DNA of 64,000 nucleotides from Eledone cirrhosa (Eukaryota): contig CAXHJY010001109.1 in assembly GCA_964016885.1 (NCBI GenBank), positions 37,614 through 101,613 on the forward strand, given 5' to 3'. This document shows, in pieces, positions 25,548 through 39,640 of this stretch. The notes under the pieces are model-generated. The model ran no database searches. It had not been told where the DNA came from and saw only the letters and a program-made list of their open reading frames with translations. Position 1 is the first letter of the stretch. Each line of letters begins with the position of its first letter. A program made the translations under genes and the position numbers.

Positions 25548-26918
25548 TCAAGGCGGTTGATTTATCGTAGGAGTGTCAATCCAGTTACAGGTCAGATGCG
25601 ATTTCAGATGAGGACAGCATCTGAAGATCTCAGTCTTTGAGTTAAGGCAAGCGGAAGTGGCTCTCGAGTTTAGCAAAATCCTATACTTTTCTGTGGTACA
25701 CAAAGAACAATTCTTTGTGCCCCTTTGGTACTCCCTCGAATGGTCTAATATAGACCAATCAATAGAGTACGGGATATTACTATCCTTGAGATCCCATACC
25801 TTACTTGCGAGGGCCGTTGATGTTCGTTTATCTGAATGTTTAAAAGAAGCGACATGTGAGTAAAATCTGGTTTTAAACCTGTCCTGGGTCATACCGACAT
25901 ATCGCTCACTTCTGGCTGGCTGGTTGTTGATAACTGGCGTTATCTTAGCCTCATAAACGACAGATTTTGTGTTACATTTACCCTGCAATGGGCATTCATC
26001 CGGCTTCCTGCAACTGCATCCTGGATTTATCCTCGTACGGTTTGAACTGGTGATTTTGGACTTCATGGATGGGCAACAAGAGTAGCTGATCTTAACTACA
26101 TTCCTATTAAAAATCTTATAATATCTATGAATAGGAGGAAAATGTTTGTCTAATAGTTCAAGGAATTTCCTTCCTACATTAGTTTTGACATTTAGAGAGA
26201 AGGGGGGTGTGAACCAAATAATCTTCCTTTTCCTGTTATTATGGTTAGTTTTAGGGGGGGTAGGTAAATAAGAAATATTTTCTGTAAAACCGCTGTTCTT
26301 AAGGGCTTTATTATAATAAGGGGCGGCTTTATTAAAAATGTCTATAGACGAAGATAAGGTAGAAATCCTACGGCTAATGTTAGGAATAAGATTATTAAAA
26401 ACTATAGGGGGATGGCAAGACTCTTTGTGTATATACCTAAGATTTTCATTAGGTTTATGATAGGGTTTAAAAGAGGCAGTAAGTAGATCAAGATTAATAT
26501 CAAGAAAGTTAGCATTAGTAAGGTTCGTATCTATAGTAATTTTAAGGTTAAGATTAGCAAAGGTACTAATTAAATCTTTACGGAATTTATCAAGATTATG
26601 GCCATTGGTGGTATGAGAAACTGCTAATCCGTCATCACGGTATAAACCGATATTATGGGACGGAAATTTCTCTTTGAGTGTGTGGAGAAGGAATAATCCT
26701 ACTAAGTCGCACACATCCGCACTGTCATAGGAACCCATTGCAACATCGAAAGAGTTTTCAGGGTTTGACTTTTTAACCCAAATATTATCATTAGTAAAAA
26801 GTAAAGTTTTTCTAGCATGAAAGATAATGTCCTCTTCTAATTTGGAGATATTAATGAAGGGTCTTGCAAAATCTAAGGCTTTAGTTAATAAGGAAACAGT
26901 AATAGAAGGGTAAAAAAT
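25548..26918 (-). CDS. Naiad-type PLE ORF, 5'-truncated but open (RT plus GIY-YIG)
   Basis: [68 protein letters not shown]; frame open upstream of the listed Met. Confidence 0.92.
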   Translation of the reverse strand: MFYPSITVSLLTKALDFARPFINISKLEEDIIFHARKTLLFTNDNIWVKKSNPENSFDVAMGSYDSADVCDLVGLFLLHTLKEKFPSHNIGLYRDDGLAVSHTTNGHNLDKFRKDLISTFANLNLKITIDTNLTNANFLDINLDLLTASFKPYHKPNENLRYIHKESCHPPIVFNNLIPNISRRISTLSSSIDIFNKAAPYYNKALKNSGFTENISYLPTPPKTNHNNRKRKIIWFTPPFSLNVKTNVGRKFLELLDKHFPPIHRYYKIFNRNVVKISYSCCPSMKSKITSSNRTRINPGCSCRKPDECPLQGKCNTKSVVYEAKITPVINNQPARSERYVGMTQDRFKTRFYSHVASFKHSDKRTSTALASKVWDLKDSNIPYSIDWSILDHSREYQRGTKNCSLCTTEKYRILLNSRATSACLNSKTEIFRCCPHLKSHLTCNWIDTPTINQPP

Positions 26919-27081
26919 TTTTTTGCTTTTAAGAAACCTCTGGTGAATGGATTAATTGCCTTGTATGGCTTTATTACTTTACTACTATATATACGTTTAT
27001 GTAAGGTTCATTTGTCTTATCTAATACTGAGCTTTACACATACACACATGTATATGTGTGTGTGTATGTGTATGCATGTGT

Positions 27082-27153
<72 letters not shown>

Positions 27154-27408
27154 GTATATATGTATATATGTATATGTATATATGTGTATATGTATGTGTA
27201 TGTATGTATATGTGTGCGTGTGTATTTATTTATTTTTATGTATGTGTGGGTTTGTGTGTGGGTGTGTGTGTATGTGTGTGTGTTTGTATTTGGTTGTGCG
27301 TTCTTTTGATATATACGTATTTGCATGTGTATAATTGTTTAGCTATGTATGTATATGTGTGTTTACGTATTTATATGTGTGTGTGCGTTTATATTTTTAT
27401 ATTTTTGT

Positions 27409-27448
<40 letters not shown>

Positions 27449-27840
27449 ATATAATTACATATACATGTGTGTGTTTATATTATATACGTGTACGTGTTTG
27501 TGTATGTACGTGTTTATGTATTTGTATATGTATATTTATGTGTGAGAGTGTGTGTATGTGTTTACTATTTCGTACGTATGTATATGTGCTTTTGTGTGTA
27601 TTACTTACCACGCGTGTCTGTCCTGTTAGCTGGGGCATGTATCGCTGTCAAAAATTTGTTAATATATATTTATATATTTTTTTCTTATATTTATTTGCGT
27701 GTGTGAATATGTAGTGGAGTGCATTCATGTATGTGTATGTATGTATGTTGTATGTTTGTGTGAATGTATGTATGTGTGTATATATATATGTGTGTGTGTA
27801 TGTGTATGCTTGTACACACACGTGTGTGTGTGTGTGTGTA

Positions 27841-27898
<58 letters not shown>

Positions 27899-27943
27899 TA
27901 AACAAATAATGAACAAACAATTCCTTATATTAAACAAAAAAAG

Positions 27944-28098
27944 TTCACTATTTAACGATCGTTTCTAGGGCATATATGTGTTATAATTGGTATGCATATT
28001 TAACAGATCTATGTACAAAATTATACAAAATTATACAAATTATCAAGATTAAATATACATACCTAACTCATATATACGCCGTCTTCAGAAATAATGAA
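27944..28098 (-). ncRNA. Type I hammerhead with ~116-nt stem II domain (sense to the PLE ORF)
   Basis: Reverse complement of 32486-32640. Confidence 0.8.
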
Positions 28099-28922
28099 GT
28101 ATATTTATTGATAATAACAACAATTCAAAATATCAGTTCAAAATTGACCAATGAAAACACAAAGGGTTAAAAGCAGTTTGGTGTGTGTATATACATGCAA
28201 AAACCTTACACATATTTTACAATAATGTGTGTATAATTTGTATGTGTATCACTAAAAAGATGGATGTAAACACAAAATTTCAAGGTTAATATCTCTGTAA
28301 GCTTAATGCGCTGATAAGATACGCAAAGATACTTATGGAGTCAAGCATATAAATATATTTTTTTCATACTCACACATATCAGTATAATCACACATACATG
28401 TGCGTATATGCATAAATATACACATAACCACGAACATACAAACACACACACTCCCCCACTCACATTTATATATGTGGATATAAAATCATAAGCAAATAGA
28501 AATTAAGTCACTCACATAAAAACACTGGTACACACATTTCAAGATCAAGATACAGAAATTAGGTGGGAGGGGGGGGGGGGGGAGGGGTCAGTATTAGATT
28601 GTCAGACCAGACAGCCTAATATAAATGTATCTATAAATTAAGAAAAATAAAAAAATAAAAACAATAAAATATAATAAATGTACATACACATACAGATATA
28701 CATACACATACACACATGTACGCGCACATAGAGATATCTATACATACATATATACACACATACCTATACTGTCATACACACACATACATTTACACGAACA
28801 TACACATACACATATAAAAAGATATAAATACACACACACTCACGCGCAACACAAACACACATACACATATATATACATATATATATATATATATACATAT
28901 ATATACACACACACATAGACTC

Positions 28923-28954
<32 letters not shown>

Positions 28955-29257
28955 ATATACAAACATATATATCCCCACACTCATACCACCATAAATATAC
29001 ATACAAACACCCACATGTATATATATATATATATATATACACATATATCCACATACACACACGCACACATACACATATATATATACACATACATACACAT
29101 ACATATATATATATACACACACATAAAAAACAGACATTCACATATATATATATATATATATATATTTCATTACTCTTATATATACACATAGTATATATAC
29201 ATACACAACCTCACTTATACACATATACACATAAGTTATAATACAATAATAATAAAG

Positions 29258-29306
<49 letters not shown>

Positions 29307-29438
29307 TATATACATACATATATATATATACACACACACATACATACACATACATACATACACCTAAAACATATACATACATAAATACACACATACGAAT
29401 AAAGACATATATTCACACATAGACACCTATATACACAC

Positions 29439-29469
<31 letters not shown>

Positions 29470-31046
29470 TCTATATACATACACATACATACACATATAT
29501 ATATATATATATATATAGACACATACACACACACACACACACACAGACACACATACACACTCACATATACATATATATATATGTGTATGTGAGTGTGCGC
29601 AAATACATATATATATACACACACACATACAAACACACACAAACACATACATATGCATACATGCACACACACACACATATATCACATAGATACGAAGATA
29701 AACATATAAATAGAGAGACATACAAATATATACAGAACCCATATACACATACATACAACCACGCATATACATATACATACATATATACACATATATATAT
29801 TCCTATATACAAGCATACACATACATACACATATATACATATACATACACATATACATACCACACATTCACATACACATACATATATAATACATATATAT
29901 ACACATATATATACATACATATGTATGTACAATTATATATACACACACAATCCTACATTCATATTTACATGCTCATATATGTATTTTTATATTTAGAAAT
30001 AAATACCAAAACCTATATAGACACCCACCTACACATATATTCATACATATACTCTTACAAAAACAGATGATAATAGTATGGGGGAAAGGGGGGGTTTGGA
30101 GAAGGGGATCAAAGTAAATATATGTTTCAAGAAACATATAATATTTTCCGTATCTTAATTCAATGTATGTTCTTACATATTTTCAGTGCTAGGAAATACG
30201 AAATCTATGCATCCCAAAATAGAAAAGTATACCATTAATCATATGTTAACTAAACCAAAGATAGTCAACATATTGATTTCCAAGGTGTAAATTAGTTAGG
30301 TTTATAATATTTGAAGCAGAATTATGAAGTCAAACAGTAGTAGATTATTAAATACATTATAACTAAATTAAAGTTAATAACGTTATGGTATCAATATTAG
30401 GAGATGAATTTAGTAATAGGGAAAAGAAACCCAAATAAAAATAAAATAAAGTATTACATCGGTAGTAGCATATAAATTATATGTTAACTAAATTAAAAAT
30501 TATATATTTAATTCAATAGTATACGTTAATTAGTATATGTTAATTAGGTATACAATACATAAAGCAGATATTATATTTCATCAATAGCATAATATAATTA
30601 TATGCAAATAAAAATCAAAATTAATACGCATACATATACATATACATACACATACACATACATATACATATACACATACATATATATATATATACATATA
30701 TATACACATACATACATATATAGTCACATAAATATACATACAGATACACATACAATACACACATATACATATACATATAGATATACATATCTTTTTCAAA
30801 AAATTGCACAGAATATATTAACTAGGTATATATCCAGAACACATCCCATTCTATGATTACATGACATTCTGCAATTCGTCTGTACAAGGATACTAATTTT
30901 AAGCAAATTAAAATTAAAGTTTTAGGTTGATTAAAACTAAAACCAAATAATAAATATATTTCCAAAATATATATTAATTAGGTCTATAATACTAAAAATT
31001 CTTTCTCCGTCATAGGATACATGATATTATTTTGTTATATTTTATC

Positions 31047-31084
<38 letters not shown>

Positions 31085-31277
31085 ATAATAAAAGGTTAAA
31101 ATAAATTAAATTAAAATTAATCTATAAATTAAATTACTGAGTATATATTAGTAATATTTAAAGGTTTTTCAAAATTTATGATTACATAATATTTTCTCAT
31201 CTGTAATAAAATATTAATTAAATTAAATTTATAGGTTAACTAACATTTAAATTAAATTAAATTCTAGAATAATGTTA

Positions 31278-32249
31278 TTAATTAGGTTTATAATATTTAA
31301 ATGTTTTTTTTAGTTTATGATTACACGATATAATTAATTCCTGTCTTTTATTTAATAAGATATCCCTAGACTTCATTATTTCAAATAGTTCTTGGGAACA
31401 TAATCTACATTCCTTTCTATTATTTTGATAAGGGGTGGCTCTTTTGAGCACACTCCAGGTCAAATCATATTTTATATTTTTATTTTTATAACTATTGATT
31501 TTTTCTGCTAGAGATGTTGTATTAGCCAGTGCGGCATTTTTAAAGCTATGTTTGTGGGTATTATACCTTGTCTTAAAATTGTTAGAGGTAGCTCCTATAT
31601 ATGAGCAAATAGAATCTTTAGTTTTAACATTACATTTATAGACTATGTTGTTAACAAGACAATTCCCTTTTAATGGGCAGTTTGTTTTGTTTCTACAGTT
31701 ACATCCTTTCGTTAATTCTGTATTTGAGGAGATATTATTGTTAGTTTGATGTACTGGTGGTATACTTATGGTTTTCTTACATTTATATGCATTATATGCA
31801 CTTATATTTTGTTTTATGTTATTTGTTGTAGAGTATGAGAATTTAACTGTAGATCTATTTAAGATTTGATGGTATTTGTGGTTTGGCGGGAAGTTTTTCT
31901 CAAGGATATAAAAAAATTTTTTAGCAATATTATCCTTAACTTGTAAATTAAAAGGAGCATTATACCAAGTAACTCGTCTATTACGGTTTCTATGTTGTTT
32001 ATTATTTTTATTATTTTTATATGTTGTATCATGATTTTTACTAGGAGGATTAATGTTAATGATCTCACCACAACTATTTTTAGTTATATTTGTAGATTTA
32101 GGTGTTTTATCTTTTTTATTAGGAGTTTTATTATTAATATTTATTATAGCCGTATGATGAGTAGTTTTTTGAGGGTTACTATACTTTATATTAGAAGATT
32201 TAGTATTTTGGGGTATACTGTGGGTGGCATTTAGGTGTGTACTTTTCAT
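31278..32249 (-). pseudogene. Naiad-type PLE fragment (linker plus GIY-YIG)
   Basis: RRVTWYNAPF, KFSYSTT, CNCRNKTNCPLKGNC..NIVY, YIGAT..FKTRY..H, CRLCSQE, CNH. Confidence 0.9.
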
Positions 32250-32485
32250 TTGAAGTATCTTTGCGTATCTTATCAGCGCATTAAGCTTACAGAGATATTA
32301 ACCTTGAAATTTTGTGTTTACATCCATCTTTTTAGTGATACACATACAAATTATACACACATTATTGTAAAATATGTGTAAGGTTTTTGCATGTATATAC
32401 ACACACCAAACTGCTTTTAACCCTTTGTGTTTTCATTGGTCAATTTTGAACTGATATTTTGAATTGTTATTATCAATAAATATAC

Positions 32486-32640
32486 TTCATTATTTCTGAA
32501 GACGGCGTATATATGAGTTAGGTATGTATATTTAATCTTGATAATTTGTATAATTTTGTATAATTTTGTACATAGATCTGTTAAATATGCATACCAATTA
32601 TAACACATATATGCCCTAGAAACGATCGTTAAATAGTGAA
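32486..32640 (+). ncRNA. Type I hammerhead with ~116-nt stem II domain (in the inverted repeat)
   Basis: UUCAUUAUUU-CUGAAGA-[GGCGUAUAU..GGUAUGUAUAUUUAA / UUAAAUAUGCAUACC..AUAUAUGCC]-GAAAC-GAUC-GUU-AAAUAGUGAA. Confidence 0.8.
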
Positions 32641-32881
32641 CTTTTTTTGTTTAATATAAGGAATTGTTTGTTCATTATTTGTTTAATATTTTATCTTGAC
32701 TCTGTATACCGTTTATCTTTCACCGAAAGTGGATTTTCATTACATCTCTTCTTTCCATGATATCCGGAATACATTGAGTTCTTCATACGGATTGGACACT
32801 ACCGTAAACTCTTGGTAGATTTATCTACATATATATATATATATATATATGTACATGTATATATATATGTGTGTGTGTATG

Positions 32882-32930
<49 letters not shown>

Positions 32931-33139
32931 ATGAATGTATGTATGTGTATATGTGTGTATATATGTGTATGTGTGTGTAGGTGTACGCTCTTTATATATA
33001 TATATATATATCTGTATATGTATATGTGTATGCGTACATTTATATATATGTATATATGTATGTGTGTGTAAGTATGCTTTTATGTTTTTTTGTGTGTTTG
33101 CATGTGTAGTTTTATTTTATTTTTCCTTTCCTTCTCACA

Positions 33140-33925
33140 TCGAATATCCAACGTTATCATGTTTAAGTTGCCAGAGTAAGCCTGATAGTGAAGTTGAAGA
33201 TTTTTTGTTTGGATCTGTGAAAGAATTCTTATGATCGTAAAGTTGTAAATCTATCATCCTTCTCTCTGGATATAGCTCTTTCTTCTCCTCCCTCTATACA
33301 TGATGAAATTTAAGTATCGGCTACTTTAACTTTACCTCTATTGTTGTCTCTCTTACCTCTCTCCTATTTCTCTCACCTCCCCATGTATAATTATTATTAT
33401 TCGGTCTACCTCTTTTTCCCCCCACCTCTATCTCTCTCTACCTCTCTGTTTTCTCTTTATTTATTTTTTATTTCTCTCCGTCTCCTTAACACTATAACTA
33501 ACTAACTAAATAAATAAATAATTACAGTACTCCCTCCCTCCTAAATCTCTCAATTTGTATGATGAATTATTATTATTCATCTGTTGCCTCAGCTGCCTCT
33601 CATTTTTCACCTCCTCACTATTTCTCTCTCCCATATCTCTCTCTATCTCTCTTTGTTTTTCTTTACATACATTTCTTCCTTTTCTCCGTCTTTCTTTCTA
33701 ACTGTGCTTAACACTAAATATTTATAAACATTTCACTACCAAACCAACTTCTCAAATGGAAGTTGATCAATATTTATGGTACGTCAAATTTATTTATAAA
33801 ACTGCTTATATATTGTATTTTATCTGAAGAAGGCATGCCATATTTTTAATATGGTATCCCTGAAATATGTATAATGAAATAAATATGGTTTTATAAATAT
33901 AGTTTCCATTTGTTTAATATCGTAT
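33140..33925 (+). mobile_element. 5'-inverted short copy of the 21470-24290 PLE family
   Basis: 33140-33240 on minus strand reads HKNSFTDPNKKSSTSLSGLLWQLKHDNVGYS (cf. 22425-22520); 33740-33920 on plus strand matches 24015-24195. Confidence 0.75.
33816..33881 (+). ncRNA. Type I hammerhead ribozyme
   Basis: UAUUUUAU-CUGAAGA-AGG-C-AUGCCAUAUU-UUU-AAUAUGGUAU-C-CCU-GAAAU-AUGU-AUA-AUGAAAUA. Confidence 0.87.
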
Positions 33926-33984
33926 ATATATATATATAGATATATATATATATATATAATATATAATATATATATATATAACAT

Positions 33985-34049
<65 letters not shown>

Positions 34050-34059
34050 ATATATATAT

Positions 34060-34132
<73 letters not shown>

Positions 34133-34385
34133 TATGTATATATATAATATATATATATATAATATATATATATATATATTATATATATATATATATATAT
34201 AATATATATATATATATATTATATATATATATATATATATAAATATAATATATATATATATAATATATATATATATATATAATATATATATTGTTTAATA
34301 TATATATATATAATTTATATATATATATATATATAATATATATATTGTTTAATATATATATTGTTTAATATCGTATATATATATT

Positions 34386-34474
<89 letters not shown>

Positions 34475-34475
34475 T

Positions 34476-34572
<97 letters not shown>
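33922..34572. repeat. (TA)n microsatellite tract, interrupted
   Basis: Direct reading. Confidence 0.95.
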
Positions 34573-34574
<2 letters not shown>

Positions 34575-34683
34575 AAGGTATATATTGAGTTAGGAACTGA
34601 AAATAGTCTCTTACAACAAAATAGCTCTAAGAAAGAGATATTTCCGAGCCGTCTATTATAATTGAATATAAAAGAAAAACGAA

Positions 34684-35149
34684 CACAGATATATACATAG
34701 ATGTGTTCAAATCGTAAGGGACCAGATTCGCTAAGGTGAAAAAAATATGATATATTCGGCTCTGTTAATTTGTTGAGCTATTTCAAATGTCGAATAAACC
34801 TGGCTGCTATTTTTATTCGTGTGGGTTTGGGAGACACTCTAGGACACCATGCGCTGTTATTATTATATATAGCACACTATTCAGTTTCTTAACATACTTA
34901 GAAGTGTCTAGAATAATAATTTGTCACCCACTGATGAGCATAAATTGGTAATTCTATTCACAATTAACATTGCGAGACAACACCAAGTTGTCTGGGTGAT
35001 TGGTTGTTACCACAATTCCGGTTTGTATTTATTTTCTTGATTTTTTCTTAAATTGAGACAAGCGAACCCAATTGTCTATAGTTAGTATTTTTTTCGCCTT
35101 AGCGAATCTGGTCCCTTACGATTTGAACTCATATATGTATATATCTGTG
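34684..35149 (+). mobile_element. PLE terminal repeat with ~64-bp inverted ends enclosing a hammerhead
   Basis: Arms 34684-34747 and 35086-35149 (TTCAAATCGTAAGGGACCAGATTCGCTAAGG and complement). Confidence 0.7.
34924..34999 (+). ncRNA. Type I hammerhead with GAGA in place of GAAA
   Basis: UCACCCA-CUGAUGA-GCA..UGC-GAG-ACAAC-ACCAA-GUUGU-C-UGGGUGA. Confidence 0.8.
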
Positions 35150-36121
35150 GAAAAATAATAAAAATACTAGCCACTATAACTCTAATACGAAGGGTAATAT
35201 CAAACTTAACTCGCACCAAAGTAAACACCACAATAATAATATAAATAGGAATACAAATACCTAAAAAAACATTACAAAAAACAAAAATAGAAGAACTAAT
35301 ACATTCTTCAATCCCCCTTTCAATCTAAACGTCTCTACCAACTTGCTTAAGGCTTTCTTTTCAATCTTAGAAAAAAACTTCCCATCCGGCCACAAGTACC
35401 ATAATCTTATCAATAAAAATACCATTAAAATCTCTTACTCTACTACACCTAACATCGCATACCATATAGCTAGTAGTAATAAAAGGAAGATTAATAATTA
35501 TTTCCAACTAATTAAAACACAACAGGAGGTAAACTTAGTACCTGTAAATCCTAGAAGTAATAATAGTAATAATGGAATAGCACTGATGAAATCAAAAACA
35601 ATAGGAATGACAACCATCATTACCCTAATGCTATCCCTAGCAACCAGACTTCTACACAACATAGTAACCGGCAAGCAAACATCCAGAATAAATGTAATTG
35701 TAGAACTAATAGAACTTGCCCCTTAGGTAATAATTGCTTAATCAAAGACATCGTTTACCCATGCACGGTCAACGCAAACAACTCTTCTAAAACTTATATC
35801 GGCTCTACTTCGAACTGCTTCAAGACGATATACAACTCGCACCTCCACTCTTTCAAAAAACACAATCTAGCTAACTCCACTTCTTTATCTAGCTACGTGA
35901 ACTCTCTGAAAACTAGGAATAGACCATTTACACTTCAATGGGAAGTAGTAGGTAGGGCTACATCGTATAAACCACCGAATAAATTGTGTAACCTTTGTCT
36001 TCTAGAGACCCGTACTATAATCTTTTCGAAACTAGACCTCCTAAATAGAAAATCAGAGGTATTTTCCTCATGCCAGCACCACTACCGACACTCGTTCCAT
36101 AACTTTAAACCTAGCTACTAG
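35150..36121 (+). pseudogene. Naiad-type PLE fragment, frameshifted
   Basis: FFNPPFNLNV, KISYSTTPN, KCNCRTNRTCPLGNNC, YIGST, CNLCLLE, CQH. Confidence 0.88.
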
Positions 36122-36765
36122 TATATGACAATGTCAGATTTGAATTCCTTACCACCATTAGCATTTCACCTCTATGACTTATCAGCCCCCACAGCAACAC
36201 ACTCTTTGATCAGCTCTTTCCTCTACGCAACTCCTATTTATCTCTAACCTTATACTCTACAATAACTATTAGAAATAAACAAAGTTACCACCTTTTAATA
36301 TAACTACTATAGCTTAATTATATTATATACAGTAATGGATATATAATATGTAGACATTTATTGTAATATGTAATAATTGTTTCTACTTTTGGCACAAGGC
36401 CAGCAATTATCCCAGTGCATTACCGGTACTTTATTTTATCAACCCCGTAAGGATGAAAGGCAAAGTTGTAATATGTAATAATAAATTATATATACATTTA
36501 TAATTAAATATTTAAATTAATAGCATTGTATATAAGGGATTTACTTTTAACACAATATAATAATAATAAATTATATATATACATTTATAATTAAATATAT
36601 AAATTAATAGCATTATATATAGGGGATTAACTTATATAACATAATAATGATCTAACTATTTGGACATGTAAACAGCTATACATTTTTCCATATCTTGTCC
36701 AGTAATGGATTATAGGAAAATAGACTGTATTTAAAATTAAGTATAAATATATAACATTATGTAAT

Positions 36766-37150
36766 AGTGGATTAGATTGGCAGTGTTGGTAGAGGGTCGG
36801 ACGCCATGCTTTGACGCATAGAGTTACGGCCCTTGCCATTCTGAGTTCAAATCCCGCCGAGGTTAACTTTGCCTTTCATCCTTACGGGGTCGATAAAATA
36901 AAGTACCAGTAATACACTGGGTAATTGCTGGCCTTGTGCCTAACGTAGAAACAATTATGTAATAGTGGATTGGCAGTATCGGTAGAGGGTCGGACGCCAT
37001 GCTTTCCAGCATAGTTATGTCCCTTTACGATCTGAGTTCAAATCCCGCCGAGGTTGACTTTGCCTTTCATCCTTACGGGGTCGATAAAATAAAGTACCAG
37101 TAATGCACTGGGTAATTGCTGGCCCTGTGCCTAAAGTAGAAACAATTATG
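36766..37150 (+). mobile_element. Two head-to-tail tRNA-derived SINEs
   Basis: Two full copies; ATTATGTAATAG before, between and after them. Confidence 0.85.
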
Positions 37151-37888
37151 TAATAGAGATTCACTTGTATCACAATATAATGTGTATTAGAGCAAAGAAT
37201 TTAAATAATTGAATTTAATTAACTAGTTACCTCCGCTTACGCATTAGCTCCCCTTAATCTTGGATGTCAAACTCACTTCCGGAAATTAAACCGTTGGAAA
37301 AACTAACGGTTGAACAACTCTAATCCATGAATAAGAATACAATAAGACCAATTTACAATCCATTGCTGTAACTAACTTAAAACATTCAATATAAACATTA
37401 ACTAAAATATAATTTAACATATGTAATGGAAAAGACTTTGATTTTCTCAACACACACACATTTGAACACTATAATCATATTACATCCGCCATAAATTCTA
37501 ATACATTAACACATTTGCTTGCCATACAGTATTTATTTATTTATCTATATATGCATAATACCTTTGCTTATTTCCTTCTCATATATATAACTAACGCATG
37601 TGCACTTTCTACACGCTTGCATATGTACTGCTAATGTACTCATTATTTCTCAATGCTTCTTTCTCAATGCCTCTTTAATTATTAGACTATTCTCTTGTAT
37701 TATCTGTCGCATGTATTCCACTCAGTGCTTTTAATTTTAATTTGAATTTTTGTACAATTCTCGTATAATATATGTCGCATCCATTACACCCTGTAAATAC
37801 GAAACTGTTGCTCACAACATCAATATATATGTATCTATATGATTGTTCAGTTGAATAGGAGGTTAATTATATGCACAAACATTGATAA

Positions 37889-37935
37889 TGCTCCGATGAC
37901 ACCAAACGAAAGTTTGGAAGAAACGATTGTCAGCA
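37889..37935 (+). ncRNA. Degenerate minimal type I hammerhead (CCGAUGA core)
   Basis: UGCU-CCGAUGA-CA-CCAAAC-GAAA-GUUUGG-AA-GAAAC-GAUU-GUC-AGCA. Confidence 0.65.
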
Positions 37936-38157
37936 ATTAAATGATTTGAACATAACTTTGATAATTGTGTAATTTATATTCCTGCTCTGTAAAACACCTG
38001 ATGTTCTTACATTGAGCGATTTCTCTTACTGGTAATAAGGTAGTAGAAATTACTGACCTTTCCTGTTTATAGTTGTTTATAGTATATACATAACTATAAA
38101 TAGTATCATTATTATTATTATATACATATATATGCACACATATACAGTATATATATG

Positions 38158-38220
<63 letters not shown>

Positions 38221-38399
38221 AAATAATTATACCTATCGATCGGCTCAAGATCGGTATCGATCAAGTCAAACTCTGAAATCGATGACTCTTCAGACTTGTG
38301 GATTACTTAAAAACAGAAGATATCTATGTACAGCGTTATAAAAGAATCCACAAGCTTAATGGGCTATCGATTCTATAGTCGCGCCCGATCGATAGTCGG

Positions 38400-38675
38400 G
38401 TTTGCAATTGTGAGGTTCGTTATTAGTTCGATTCTTGTGTGCTTCAGCAAGACACTTTATTTCACGTTGCCCCATTTTACTCAGCTGTAGAAATGAATTG
38501 CTTCATCATTGGGGCCCAGCGGTATCGCCCATTGCCTTTCCCTTGGACAACATCAGTAGCGTGGAGAGGGGAGACCTGTGTGCATATGCGACTGCTGGTC
38601 TTCCATAAACAACCTTGCCCGGAGTTCTGTTTCTCAGGAGCAAATCCCGAAGTCATTCTTGTGGCTTTCAAAATG
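38400..38675 (+). mobile_element. Decayed SINE of a second family
   Basis: GCAAGACACTTTATTTCACGTTGC..CTCAGCTGTAGAAATG core shared with the 15962 SINE, different 3' body. Confidence 0.6.
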
Positions 38676-39069
38676 TTTATTTATAAACATACCGTATATC
38701 TTTAGATATACGAAATTCACATTTACGGGTAGTCGGCGGTACGCATGCACTGGAATTCTGCTGGACACCAAAGTTAGCAGTAAGCAAATTTTGGCTGAAC
38801 TGAACTCCCACTAACCGTATAGTGTTGTCGGCTGAGGTGGTGGGGGTCTGGTAGCTAGAGAGAGCAACTAAGGTTAGTAGTATTCCGAGTGGTAGTTGAG
38901 TAGTCAGCCACGCACACCTCTGCGCTGAGCTGTCGGAAGGTTCTGAAAGTTAGAAGGGAGCGAGCAACCAAAGTAAAAGTATAAAAGCACCCTTCCACCC
39001 ATAATTGCCTCGGAAATGTTGCTTTTTACTCAATCTTGTCTGAAGAAATCATGATATCTATTGTCATGG

Positions 39070-39132
<63 letters not shown>

Positions 39133-39135
<3 letters not shown>

Positions 39136-39640
39136 AAGACTAAAATCCACAGAGGGCTCGATAAGGATAAATATGTATCAAATATATAAGGACCCTAGAG
39201 CAAATATAACATAAAATGTAATTGCAGGAACACCGCCACTTGCCCCATGGCTGGGAAATGCCTCACCAAAAACATAGTCTACGTCTGTAAGGTCTCCACC
39301 TTAGATAGAACCTTCAGGTATGTTGGGGCAACTGCCACTGAATTGAAGGATAGATGGTATAATCACCGCCATACCTTTAATAGATTAGATAAAAAAATAG
39401 CACGGCGCTTTCTGAATTAGTCTGGAAGCTTAAACAACAGAATATAGAGCACTCCTTATCCTGCTCCATAATTTGCTCAGCCCAGCCATATAACGGCAGC
39501 ACGGTCGTTTGTAATTTATGTATAGCTGAAACCTTTAATATTATTAGAGGCGGCCCCCTATTAATCAATAGGAGAGCGGATTTTTTCAGCCACTGCTAAC
39601 ATAGAACCTCGAAAACCTTCCGCAGGATTTTTGGAAAGTA
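39133..39640 (+). pseudogene. Naiad-type PLE GIY-YIG fragment, not in ORF track
   Basis: KCNCRNTATCPMAGKCLTKNIVY..RYVGATATELKDRWYNH; STALSELVWKLK; CNLCIAE; disrupted. Confidence 0.85.

Larger units (their letters stand above)
27891..32830 (-). mobile_element. Naiad-type PLE with microsatellite-filled 3' region and 5' inverted terminal repeat
   Basis: ~27891-28334 is repeated inverted at ~32254-32692, bracketing the ORF remnant; both ends abut (TA)n. Confidence 0.7.

Noticed and set aside
38232-38300. Minus-strand CTGAAGA-GTCA..TGAC as a hammerhead
   Set aside because: No GAAA..UH after the stem; same failure for the CTGANGA motifs near 42590, 52776 and 53246
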